Assembly (NCBI GenBank): GCA_964016885.1
Contig: OZ024742.1
Location: 362,080,001 to 362,144,000 of the forward strand
Length of the DNA: 64,000 nucleotides
From: Eledone cirrhosa
Lineage: Eukaryota
Direction of reading: 5' to 3'
Shown: one piece after another, positions 11,707-24,800 of the stretch
Layout of the letters: every line of letters begins with the position of its first letter
Numbering within the stretch: position 1 is the stretch's first letter
Made by a program: the position numbers and the translations under genes
Notes under the pieces: model-generated
Told to the model about the DNA's origin: nothing
The model's database searches: none
What the model saw: only the letters and a program-made list of their open reading frames with translations

Positions 11707-14700
11707 TTAATAACACCAACAACAACACCAACAACAACACCATCAATAACAACAGCAACAACAAAAATAACAGCGGTAAAGTCGAGAACGAAAATAACAA
11801 AAATAACAGCGGTAAGGTCGAGAACGACAATAACAATGACAATAACAACAGCCACAACATCAATAATAGTAGGAACAGTATCAACAAAAACAACAATAAT
11901 AACAACAGCCACAATAACAGTAACAACAGCATCAACGAAAACAACAACAACAACACCAACAACTGTACCAACGAAAACAACAACAATGACGCCGATACCT
12001 GTAATAGCGATCTCAGCACCACCAGTAAGACCAGTAGCGGCAGCAATAGTGGTGCTGCTGAAAAAGGGACCACTTCTTTTGCAGGTGTCGCCCGAAATAT
12101 CGAGACAGTGTTAGTCACAGAAGAGGAGATTGCAGTCGCAAGGGCCATGGTGACAAGAAGCGTAAATAGAGTTTCCCTGAAACCTCCACCCGATTCTTTC
12201 AAGGACCAGCAGCTACGGACGGTGACTTACCGCACCGTAAGCAAAATCTCACATCGAGTGGAGAGAGCCACGGCGGCTCAAATCCAAAAGGCCTTGGGGT
12301 GCGTCTGGGCACGCAAAACCCACATCACCCGAGGCAGAAAGTACGCCACAGTAGACGTACTTTTCGCCACCACCCAGGAAGCAAAGTCTCTTTGGAAACC
12401 CTAAAGAGTGAGGAGATAGTCTTGGTGCCCTCCTACTGCGGGCAGCAAATTGTGAGGGGCAAAGTGACCCAGGTCCCACCCGACGTGCCCATACCTTGGC
12501 TGGCCGCGTCTGTCCTTGCTGGATTCGAGAACAGGACGACCATGCTGCAAGTAAAAAAAATAGGGAGAGAGAACTAGTCAGGTATAGGCATGCAAATGCT
12601 TATACAAACTGACCAGGAATGTATCGACGCTATCCCCGATATCATAGACATCGAGGAAGGACTCCAACTCCCTATAAGTGTAGAAGAAAGACGGCCAAAA
12701 TGTTATCTCTGTGGGTAGAAGGGTCACCTCAGGGCCTTTTGCCCGCAGAAGACAGCGAAGAAGGCCCCTCTCCTTCCAATACCTGGTCTGCTGCTACCAA
12801 GAGCAGGGCAGGCAACAAACGAAGAAGCCCCTTCCATGGTGAGTAGGAGGGCAAATCAGTAGCACCCGTACCAAGGCCACGGACAACTAAAGCAGCATCA
12901 TCAGTAGCGGTAACACCAATAGCTACATTTGAAGTACCTACACCAGCAACAAAATTGCCGAAGAGGGCAACAACACCACCATCACCACCACAAGCACCAC
13001 TAACAACAACAACCACACCACCACCAGCATCACCAAAAACACCAACAACGCAAACACAACAAGACACACACACCAAACAGCAACAAGAAGAAAACAGCAA
13101 CAAAATCACCCCTCTACCCAAAAAGTACACAGCCATAAACATGGCAAAAAAAGAACTCATACAATATATAAAGCAGCACACAGATATCACAGAAAAAAAC
13201 TACTACACCCCACCAACACCAAGAACTCTACCGACAAACATAAGCATCATCGAAATCTCAATAGAACAGTACAAACCTTGAAAACAAAAATTCCCCAACG
13301 CAGTTGGAGACTTCAGAGGGTCGGTTACCAAGAGGATATACACTGACATCCTCTTGGAAACACCCATGACCAGCGAAAGGGACGGTTCTACTGTCCCTTC
13401 ACCACACGAACAAGGTAAGTGACCCTTTCTCACTTGCCCAGTTTCTCATCCAACATGGCCGTACTCAGAATGGGCAGTATAAATGCACGTGGCCTGGGGT
13501 CATCTTGGAAGCAGGGTCACCTGCACAACGACCTCAGGTCACTAAACATAGATGTGGTGGCCATAAGTGAAACCAGAATCTCCGAAGCACAAGCCTTCGC
13601 ACCGATCTTCGGCGGCTACGATGTATACGCATCTCCTAGCCGTCCAGGATCGGGGGGAGGGGTCGCCGTCCTTTTTCAGAGAGGCTTGGATCTCGCGATA
13701 CGGGCCATCTTCCTAGACCCAGAAGGTAAGTCGGTGGTGCTGGACGTGACCGACAGCGAAGGCAATGCTTTCAGGCTAGTAGCCGTCTACGCCCCAACAG
13801 AGGCAGGACGGCCAGATTTCTTTAGACGTCTAGAGACCTTTCTTGGAACGTCCCGCTCTTTAGTGTTAGTGGGCGACTGGAACGGTATCTTGGATGCACG
13901 CTGGGATCGTGTGGGGCTAGTGGATATGAAGGAGGGTGCAAGAGCCTCACTAACCTGCTCAGACGTTTTGAATTGTCTGACAGGTATCGACTGGATCACC
14001 CGAATGTGCCAATGTGGACATGGACAAACCGCATCGGGTCATCCAGATCGTATCTCGATAGGGTATTCTGCAGAGAACTAGATAAGGCTAGTATAAGTTG
14101 TTCACAATTTAAAATAGTCGACTACACAGACCACAAATTTGTGATCTGTGAGATTGACATAGACAGACTTCATAGACAAGGGCCTGGTTACTGGAAGCTG
14201 AACGCGTCTTTCCCGGCGCGCAAAGCCTACAGAGACCGGATTAGCGTATTAGTTAAGCAGGCGTTGACGGGAGCGATCGTCAACAACAGGTGGTGGTTCG
14301 CCCTGATTAGGGCAATTAAAGTAGAGTCGATTGGGTTTAGCAAAGGAGTAGTGATAGAGGAAAATAGAGTAGAGGGAGAGCTAGTCAGAAAGCTAGAAGA
14401 GGCGTTTAGGACAGGCATCGCAACCGACGTGCTTGCGGCGAGATTGGCATTCGACCAATTCTTCAACGCAAAACACGAAGGCTGCGTTGTCAGAGATGGA
14501 GCGCGTGCTCTGAAACACGAGGGGACAAAAGCCGTCCAATGGGCCCGGGTGGCAGAGGCGCGACGTGGCAACAAAGCCACAATTCGGTCTTTGTCTGACC
14601 AAAACGGGTCCGTGATGCTCGAACCCGAGCGGATGTGTGAAACTTTTCAGCAGCACTTTGCTGAACTGTTCGGGAGAGGCGGCGGCCCGGATCGGGGCAT

Positions 14701-17170
14701 GGACTTCAGTGTCTACCTCGACGGACTGCCGCGGCTCTCGGCCACTGAGGCGGAGTGTTCCGAAAAGCCAATAACAACCGGTGAAATACGGGAAGCGATG
14801 GCTAACTGCACAAGGGGTAAATCGCCAGGTTTGGATGATCTGCCCTACGAGCTTTATGCATTTATGCCAGACTTGTTCGCTGACCTCTTGGCAGACGTCT
14901 ACTGCAACTGGCAGCAGAACGGGAGCATACCCAGTTTTGTGAGCCGGGGAGCAGTGGCGCTGCTGAGAAAAGACCCGAACAAGGGGGATGTTATCGATAA
15001 TTTCAGGCCCATAACCCTGCTAAACGCAGAGTTGAAGATTTTGGCCAAGGTGTTAGCAACGAGGTTGGCGCTTGTCATCAAGGGTCTGGTGGGAGAGGCG
15101 CAGACATGCGCCATTCCGGACAGATCCATACACGACAAACTCCACCTCATGCGATACATCATAGAGAGGGTGGTTAAGGAACCTGGCAAGGGTGGGGCCC
15201 TGATCAACTTGGATCAATCCAAAGCATTCGATAGGGTCGACCATCGGTACGTGGCGGCAGTCCTCGAGGCAGCCGGTTTCGGGCCCGTTTTAAGGGGTTG
15301 GATCGCAGCAATGTACAGCGACATATGCTCAGTTGTGAGGGTGAACGGTCAACTGTCGCAGCCGTTCAGCATCATGCGCTCAGTCCGCCAGGGTTGTCCC
15401 CTCTCGTCCCTCTTGTACGTATTGGCTCTCGAGCCGTTACTACACAAACTGGGGGCGATGAGGGGCGTCCCACGCGAACTAGGATGCGGGAAATCCGAGT
15501 CGGCTTACGCTGACGACGTCACCGTGGTGGTGTCGAGCACCAGACACGTCCAGATGCTCGGCATCGCTCTCAAGGAATATGAAGCTGTGACAGGAGCAAA
15601 GATAAACCAGGAAAAGTCGGTGGGCTTGCAGCTCGGCACCTGGAGAGGCAAGTCCATGCCGTCCGACAGCGTCGTGGGGCGTTGGACGGACGGACTGGTT
15701 AAATTGCTTGGTGTCTGGTTCGGACCGGACCTCCAGATGGAGAAAAACTGGAACGAGGTGACAAGAAGGGTGGCCTCCCTCACCCAGAAATGGGCTGAGA
15801 TGAAGCTGTCCCTGAAAGGCCGGGCGGAGGTGGCGAATGCGTACATCGCATCCGTCATCTGCTACCGCCTCACCGTCGTCCCTTGCTCCAGCCCAACTCT
15901 CACCAAAATGGAGCGCCTCCTCTTCCGCTTTTTGTGGAAGGAACGCGATCCCATGGTCAGACGATCCATCTGCTGTCAACACCCGTTTTGTGGAGGACTG
16001 GGCATGCCATGGCTGATGATGCGCAAACATGCGCTGAGGCTGTGGCATCTCTGGTGCTTCCTTGATGGTGAACAGGTGTGGTCGCCGTTCGCCAGGCACG
16101 TATTCCCACAGCTCGTCTCCTTGACGGAGCTGCAGTCCTGGGTCAGAAAAAGACCGAGGGATAGCGCTTGGAAACTGGAATGTCTCCAGGCGCTCACTGT
16201 CCTCTCCCAGCTAGGCACCAGTATCGGTGGAACATCCACCTCGGCGTTCTATAGAGGACTAGTGGAGGGGAAGAGCGACGACATTCTCGGAGAGATCCTG
16301 GGCGTCGAAGAAGATCAGCTGTTTGCTCTCTTCCGGAGAACTTTCAGCCCGGGGCCTATGGATAACTTCCAAAAATCCCTGGCCTGGCAGTGCTACCGGG
16401 GAGCGCTGCCGGTTCGAGATAAGGTCTACAGGCACGGAAGTGCCGTCAGCCGAGCCTGTCCGAATGCGTGCAGGGCGACGAAACCGTCGTGCACGCACTC
16501 GAGCATTGCTGACTTGTGCAGCTATGTCGAACAGTTGCTGTCACGTGTGGGACTGATCCGGTTGTCGACTGAGTCCATTGTGCAGATGGTCTCGCCGTCT
16601 TCCTTCGAGGAGGAAGGGCAGGCGGTTTTCATCTGCCTGGTGGCCATGGCGAAAGAGATTGTGTGGTGGACAAGGTTAAAAGGGATAAAGACAGACACTT
16701 TCCTCTTCGGCGAATCCCTGATTAACTTTGTCAAGTTTCACTTGAAGAGGAAAATCGGGGTGGAGAGGCAAGTGCTGCTTTCTAGCAAGTTTGTTGAAAG
16801 GTAGGTGAATGTAGCGAGAATGGTCAGAGTGAACGGGACCACTCTGAATATACGTCTGTAGTTTGAGAGATGGAAAGATTGAGAGAGGGCGCTTGCCCTG
16901 GTGGTCAGGGTGGCCGTGGTCTTTTGTGTGGTTTTCGCCACGAGTAACCCTCGGAAGTTTCCCCCCTATTGGTGAATTTTTCATTGTTTCAATTTTCATT
17001 TTCATTGTTTATATATATATATGTTTCTATGTCCTTTTTTTTTCTTTTCTTATATAAATAATAAAAATATTTACACGCACAAAACCCACATCGTACCGTC
17101 CTGTACCGTCCTGTGCCGTCTGTAATGTTTTTTCTTTATGTCAGCCCTTGTGGCCAATAAAGAAATCCTT
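11707..17170 (+). mobile_element. Tx1/L1-clade LINE (copy T1), 5' end missing, decayed
   Basis: Low-complexity ORF1 with CCHC knuckle (CYLCG.GHLRAFC near 12701). ORF2 with APE endonuclease (SINARGL, VYAP, GDWN, YLDRV, TDH) and RT (DQSKAFDRVDH, QGCPLS, YADD). AATAAA at ~17156, then (ATT)n. Confidence 0.92.
13455..16860 (+). pseudogene. T1 ORF2 (APE endonuclease + RT), frameshifted near 13935 with a late premature stop
   Basis: ORF track 13419-14081 and 13973-16804 join into one L1-type ORF2. Confidence 0.9.
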
Positions 17171-17200
17171 ATTATTATTATTATCATTATTATTATTATT

Positions 17201-20200
17201 CTTTGAGTCTCAGTCATTGATGTTAGTTAACTGGAAAGTTTGTTGAAATGAATATCAAGCCACTACCTGCAGCCTCAGATATTCAGGACGTATCGGAGGG
17301 TTCTTGCTGTTCCCAGCAAGCATGCCTTTTGAAGCGTTCCAAAAAGCGTGAAGGGGCCAATTTTCTTTAACCATCCCTGGAAACCTTTTGAGATAGTCCC
17401 TAGTGCGCCTATGACAATCGGGATCACTTTGACTTCAAGGCAGTTCCAAATACTTTTTACCTCCCACTTTAAGTCCTGGTATCGGTTAATTTTCTCCCTC
17501 TCCTTCTCTTGCACTCTCGTGTCGAATGGGCAGGCCACATCCACAATCAGGCACGATCTTTTTTCTTTGTCCACAACCACCAGGTCAGGTCTATTGTGTT
17601 CCAGTTTCTTGTCCGTCTGTATCCTAAAATCCCACAGCACCTTCACCTGATCGTTTTCTATCACCGACTCTGGCTTATGCTCATACCACTTCTCAGAATG
17701 TGGTAAATTGTTTACTTTGCATAGGTGCCAGTGGATCACCCTGCCCATGACATCATGTCTCCAGCCCTTATAGTGAGTCTGGGCTAGGTGTTTACACTCG
17801 GATACAATGTGAGCCACAGTCTCCTCTCTCTCTCCACAGATCCTGCACAGTGGACTAGCCTCCTCCTTGTAAATATGGTGTTTCAACCACTTCGTTTTGA
17901 GGACCTGCTCATGCGCAGCCATTAACATTCCTTCTGTAGCCTTTTTAAGGTCTCCTCTTTTCAACCAGTTCCATGTCTGTGGATCTCTAAATTCAGTTTT
18001 CTCAAAGAAGGTACTATGAAGGGATTTTTCCTGAAGGCTGCTCTTTCTCCTTGATGTTATTTCCTCCTTGGACATCCCCTGGCCTATTGTCCCCTCCTTC
18101 AGTACAGTTCTGAGCATTGGCTCCTTACTATCAGTCACGTATTTGTGTAGGTTGATTTTCTCCATCTGAACACAGTCCTCTATGCTGATAAGACCTCTTC
18201 CACCTTCAGATCTCCTTAAGTAGAGTCTATCGACATCACTCCTCTTGTGGAACATGTTGTAGATAGTCAATAGCTTCCTAGTCTTCCTATCCATTTCTTT
18301 TTGTTCAGCAACATTCCATCTCAGAATTCCCGCTCTGTACCTAATAATAGACACAGCTCGGGAATTTACTGCACTTATGGCATTCCTACTGTTCAGATGT
18401 GACTTTAATACGCTCCTTACTATCCGAATGTATTCAGTTCTTATCAATACCTTCATTTTTTTGTTCTTGATGTCATCAGCCTCCAGAACACCCAAATACT
18501 TGTATCCCTCTTCAGAGTCAATTTCCTTTATCATCTCACCTGTTGGTACCTGGATTCCGTTACTTCTGCTCAACCTACCCCTCCTCATCACAATGACTCC
18601 ACACTTACTAATACCAAACTGCATACATATATCACTGCTGAAAATACGGACAGTGTCAACAAGCACATCCAACTCCTTCTCACTCTTCCCGAAGAGCTTA
18701 AGATCGTCCATGAAGAGGAGGTGATTGATGGTAAGCCCTCCCTTTCCCAACCTGTATCCGGCTCTCACTTTTCGCAGTACACTGGTCAGGGGCATCAGGG
18801 CAAGGACAAACAACAGAGGGGACGAATATATCCCTGGAAGATACCTCTCTTGATCTTCACGCTTCCCAAGGATTCTCCAGTTGATGTTAACTCTGTTTCC
18901 CAGGACTTCATACTTTTGCCCAACAACTGTCTGATGTTATCTGCCACCTTGAAGATCTCCAGGCTTTTGGTGATCCAAGAATGAGGCACCATGTCAAATG
19001 CCTTTTTGTAGTATATCCATCCCATGGCAAGACCAGTGTGTCTCCTCTTGCAATTCTTCATTACCATCTTATCAATAAGTAACTGGTCCTTTGCACCACA
19101 GGACTTCTTTCGGCATCCTTTCTGTTCGTCCGGTAACAAGTTGTTTGTGTGGAGGTGATGGTAGAGTTCCTCAGACATAATGCTTGTCAACAGTTTCCAC
19201 ATTACGGACAGACATGTGATAGGTCTATAGTTGGTAACATCATTACCCTTGATTCGGTCTTTCATTACCAGAACTGTGGTACCTTTTGTCAACCACTTTG
19301 GTACCTCACCTGACATCAAGCAGTCATTGAACATGGTTGTCAGTTTCGGGTGGAGGGATGTTATATTTTTAATCCAATACCCCTGCACACCATCTGGGCC
19401 TGGTGATTTCCAGTTGGTTAGTTTTTTGGCCTGCCCCTTAAGAGTTTCAACTGTGATACTCAAATCAGTTTGTTGGTGTGCCTGTTCACTAATCTCCTTT
19501 TGTACTGTCTCAATCCACACTGCCTGGTCATTATGTTTAACATCCTGCTCCCATATTCCTCTCCAGAATGTCTTAGTTTGTTCCGCCTCAGGGATCAAGT
19601 CGTTGCCTCTTTCTTTCCCTTCAAGCTGTCCAAACAGCATCTTCTGGTTGTTGTCGAACATGCGGTTCTGTCTATACGGACTGACTCTGTTCTCGTATCG
19701 CCTGGTTTTTGCACTCTTTGCTACAATGATCTACCACTAAATTTAGGATGTCAACCAAATTTTGTCCTAGCCCGTCAGCATTCATCTCCTCAGTGGCCGT
19801 ATCTCTGTTCCAGGTATTATTTATCTCAGTATTCAGATCATTGTCTGCTTCGGGGGGTTCCTCCGTTCTCTCGACCTCTTCACCTTCATTTCCCACTGGC
19901 TCGTTTGCCTGGCATACTCCACCCTCCATCTCCAAGCTAATCTCTCTGCTCAGTTCCTCCAGTTCCAGCTCGCTTATCCACCCATTAGTTCTTATTACCC
20001 GAGCCTGCCTGGCCAATTTTTGTTCATCTAATTTAAATAGACCAATCTCGTTCCAGATGTTATGCATCCGTCTCCTATAGCCCCTCTCCTTGGGGTTACT
20101 TTTCAGGTAACATTGCATAACAGTTCTATTCAATTCTTTCGTCCAGTTGGTTCTGGTCCCTTTCCTTCTTCTTCTTCCTCCGACACCAGCAGTATTTGGT

Positions 20201-21843
20201 TGACAGCCAGGTCCCTGATGCTGAGCCAGGGAGCACCTGTTGGGTGAGAGTCTATCACATGACGTTCTAGTCTCCATTTCGCCGTTATTCGAACTGTTTA
20301 GATTCCACATTTAAACACTCTTATCGAGGATTGGCGAATGTATGGTTACATAACTACCTGTGGATTCACCGTCTCCGGTGGTTGCGTCGTTCCACGTGGC
20401 TCTTGTGTGGCATTATCACGCTGTAGACGAACACAAATAAACAAACAAACAAACAGGCAGAAAAAACCCCCAAAATGAATAAGCATAAGTTTCATTGTAA
20501 TGTAGTGTTCGAATGTCTGACTTAGTTTCTACCTACCCTTCTCTGTCCGTCCGTTTGTTTCTCTCTTCATTCTTATTTTCTTTACGTTTTTTTGTTTTTG
20601 TTTTTTTGTCTGTTTTTTTTTGTTGTTGTTGCTGTGCTGCTTTGATTTTGATTTTCGTTTTTCCTTTTGAGTCTATCTATATATTTTGATGCCTTCCTCT
20701 TTTTTAGTAGGAATTCTAGAATGTGGTGGTGCTGTGCTAGCAGCAACTAGTAGGAGCCAGTGGGAGAGAATATAGCGGCGGTAGCGATACTGAGGCAGTG
20801 GTGGTGGTGGTGATGTGATCGTATTACTGTAGTGATGGTGTTGTAGTTGGGGTATAAATTTGAGTCGATTTGACCAGAGTTTTCATCGTGGTAGTGGTGG
20901 TGTTATTGGTGGTGAAATAATAATAATCTGTAGTCGTTTAGTAGTGGTGGTGATGTGGTCGTATTACTGTAGTGATGGTGTTATAGTTGGGGTATAAGTT
21001 TGAGTCAATTCGACCAGAGTTTTCATCGTGGCAGTGGTGGTGGTATTGGTGGTGAAATAATAATCTGTAGTCGTTTAGTCATTTTGCCATTTTCGACTCC
21101 AACATTCCTGATCCAAAATTAAATATTAATCTTGTTTATCAATATTGTCTAGTGATATCGCCATCCTCCCCTTTCGTAAGTTAACAGAAGGTAGTGGGGG
21201 GGGAGCGGTGGTAGCAATGAAGGAGTGGTGGCGGCGGTGGTGGGATAGTGGTAGTAATGACGGATGGGCGGCGGTGACTGTAGTGATGGCGTTGTCGTTA
21301 CTGATGTCCGTTCGGTGAATCTATGGGGCTAGTCGCGTACATGTGTTGACATAAATTCCCTTAATGTTGGAATTAAACATTTTGTTAAAACTTGGGACAA
21401 TAATAATAGTAATAGTAATTAATACTATCATTATTATGTTAAGATTGGTTGTGGTGGTGGTGAAATTGCCGTTATCTGGCTGTTGTGTTTAGTGTACACA
21501 GAGGGGTGATGGGGTAGGTGGTGTATCTAGTTTCTGGTGTTGGTGAAATTGCTGTTGTTTGGCTGTTCTATATAGTGTAGACAGAGGCGGGGGGGGGGGG
21601 GTTCTTCTTCTTCTATTTATAGCCATTTTCTTTTTTGAATATACAATGTACAATACAAAGTTGAATATTTGAGCCTTATAACAATATATTTTGGGTCCGA
21701 ATTTTTTTGGGGCTCAAGCCGGATGCTTTACGTAACATTTGTAGTAAGAATTGTTATTTCACAAATGATTTAAATATATTAAAAAATCAAAACTTACGGG
21801 AGCGATTTCTCGACCTTCTATCCACCAGGTGTGTCTTCTTCCC

Positions 21844-21844
<1 letters not shown>
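17201..21844 (-). mobile_element. R4/Dong-like family B, copy B3 (full-length ends, ~390-bp internal deletion at ~19728)
   Basis: ORFs 17275-18813, 18795-19661, 19672-20310. The junction 'ctacaatg|atctacc' corresponds to B2 9803/10193. (ATT)n on both flanks. Confidence 0.9.

Positions 21845-21897
<53 letters not shown>
21845..21897. repeat. (ATT)n microsatellite between B3 and A2
   Basis: Direct reading. Confidence 0.95.
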
Positions 21898-21898
<1 letters not shown>

Positions 21899-24800
21899 GT
21901 TGCATTTATCTTGCTTTATGTTCATACGAGTTATCACCAAGTCACAACCAGTGACCTCAAGAGACAACAAGGTCCGCCATGTTCAAGAAAGAACATACAT
22001 ACTCACACATGCATCTTTAGTGTTTAGACTTGTGATGTACTTATATTGACAGAATCTTCCTTAGTATATGGGCAGTTCCCATTAGTACTATCTTTTGTAT
22101 TTCTCCTATACGCGGGTTTCCTGGGATTTGCGATATGTAATCATTAGACCCCTTAAGTATCATTCCCAGAGCGCCTACAACCACTGGTATTGTTTTAGTT
22201 CTCAATTTCCACATTTTTCCAATTTCTATCTCCAGGTCCTTATACTTGCTCAATTTTTCAAATATTTTTATAGATACATTCTTGTCTATTTGAACAGACA
22301 TATCAATTAGCAGGCATACCCTCTTTTGAAACTCCTTCAATATTATATCAGGTCTATTTGCATCTATTTTCGGTCTGTTTGGATGCTAAAGTTCCACAAG
22401 ATTGAGATGTGATCTTTTTCAAGTATGGGAGGTGGTTGATGCTCCCACCAACTCCTTCGATGGGGCAGGTCAAAATGCTTACACATTATCCGATGTATGT
22501 ATTGTGCAGCTCTGTCATGCCTGTTTAGGTATTCGGTTGGAGCTATAGGACTGCACATTGAAATTATATGGTCAATGGTCTCCGGTTGTTTTTTGCATAC
22601 ACGGCATAATGGGCTGCACCCATTTTTTATTATGTTGGCTTGGTAATTTTTTGTTGGCAGACACTGATCTTGTGCTGATATAATCAGTCCTTCAGTCTCC
22701 GATTTCTGTCCAGAGGATGCCAACCACTGATGGGTTAAAGTTTTGTCAACATCAGGATTGTTAGCTCGCTCTGGGTATTTTCCATACAGAGGCTTTTCTT
22801 GCCATTTCTTAGCCAGTTTCTGTAGCAGTTCTTTCTTTGCAGTTACTTTTACCTGCTTTGCTTTTTCTGTGTTTTCCATTTCAGCAGTAAATGGGACTTC
22901 TGAAATTTGTAGTCCATTACTGTATCTTTGTGCATCTTTTGTAATGGAATATGATCTTTTGATGCTTTCGTGTTTCAAAACGAGTTTGATCATCCAATCA
23001 TCTGATTCCCTTAGATATGTAGATAATCCAATTGTTGCAGTTTTCAACGCAATGTCTAACTGGATTAACCCACGTCCTCCTTCTTTCCTAGGGAGATATA
23101 TTCTATCTATATCTGCCTTAGGGTGATGCATTTTTTCTGTGCATGGTTAAGAATTTTCGAATTTTTGTATCGAGCCTACGGATCTTTGTGCTTGACCAGT
23201 TGATGACATTGTAACTGTAGGTTACTACTTGTATGGCAAGCGTGTTTATGGCATCGATCCTATTCCTTGCATTCAATTCCGTTCTTAAGATTGCTCTTAC
23301 TCTGCGGTAACATTCCTTCCTTATCCTTTCCCTCATTGTCGAGTGCTTGATTCCGTCTCCTTCACAAACACCTAGATATTTGTAAGTTTTTTCTTGATCA
23401 AGTTCTCTTATCACGTTCCCCCGATCAAGATTAATGTCTGAACTCTTCAGCAGTTTTCCTCTGGTGAACGTTGCTTTGGCGCATTTATCTAGTCCAAACT
23501 CCATTTTAATGTCATCACTGAACTGCTTCACAGTGGATAATAGCCCTTGCAATTGTTCATCATTTTTTGCAAATAGTTTCAGGTCATCCATGTAGAACAG
23601 GTGATTAATGGTTTTGTCATAGACTTTATATCCATGTTTTGTTTCATTGAGCATTATACTTAATGGTATAAGTGCGATGCAGAATAAAAGCGGTGATAAT
23701 GAGTCACCCTAAAAAATTCCACAATTAATATTAACTTCTCCAGCTTCCAGTGATTTTGTTTCACTATTCAAAAGGAATGTCGTTTTCCATGTCTTCATAC
23801 TGAATGACAAAAACCTCCTGATAACGGGGGATATTTTGAAAATCTCTAAACATTTTTCAATCCAACTGTGTGGCAAACTATCGAATGCTTTTTTATAATC
23901 TATCCAAGCAATCGATAGATTTTTGTGTCTATTATGACAATCTTCCAGTATCATTTTGTTAACCAGAAGCTGATCCTTACAGCCATATGAGCCTCGTTTA
24001 CACCCTTTCTGCTCAATGGGAAATAGGTCATTTGTTATCAGGTGGTCATATGTATATTCAGTTAGGACTGATGTTAAAATTTTATACATTGTGGTCAAGC
24101 AAGTTATCGGTCTGTAATTTTTGGGATTGTTTGTCTCATCATTCTTCGGAAGCAGGAATGTAATGCCGTTAACTAGCCACGATGGTATCTTTTCTGGCTC
24201 CTTAACTATTTCATTGTAAAGTTGGGCTAACAGCTCATGAGACTCTGTGAAGGCATTTATCCAAAAGTTTTGTATTTTGTCTTTTCCTGGGGATTTCCAT
24301 TTGCTGGTTTTTCTTAGAGCCAAGCGCAACTGTTCAACTGTTATATTTTCCTATATTTGTTCCTCAAGGTGAGCTGTATCTTTCATTTGTCTGTCTATCC
24401 ATGGGGCATGTATGTTATGAACTTTTTCTTCGGCCCAGATCTTTTCCCAGAATTCTTGCACTTCCTCCTTGGGTGGTATTGATTTAGCAGTTATTGTTGA
24501 CTTACCAATTTTTCTGTAGAAGTTTCTTTGGTTGTTTTTGAACATATTATTGTCCTTATAGAATCTAGATCGTTTTTCAAAGCGCCTTATACGAGCAGCT
24601 TTGGCCGACACTTTTTGCTTGATTATTTCTATCAGCATGTCTATGTCACATGTTGATTTTATACTGTACTTTTTTTTCAATTTTCTAAGTTTAGTTTGTT
24701 TAACATGTTCACCTACTTTATAGTTTGTTAAAATTTCTATGTCAGATCGGAGAAGGTTTATTTGGCGATTGATGTTCTCTTGCCAAGTAGAATTCTTGTG

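Noticed and set aside
20350-20415. TTCCACGTGGC segment resembling an HDV ribozyme L3 loop near the B3 start
   Set aside because: It is antisense to the element, absent from B2, and the remaining helices could not be built.
10860-21844. Segmental duplication as the explanation for shared sequence upstream of B2 and B3
   Set aside because: Homology ends at the same base next to different flanks, and B2 has a TSD enclosing it, so it is element leader.
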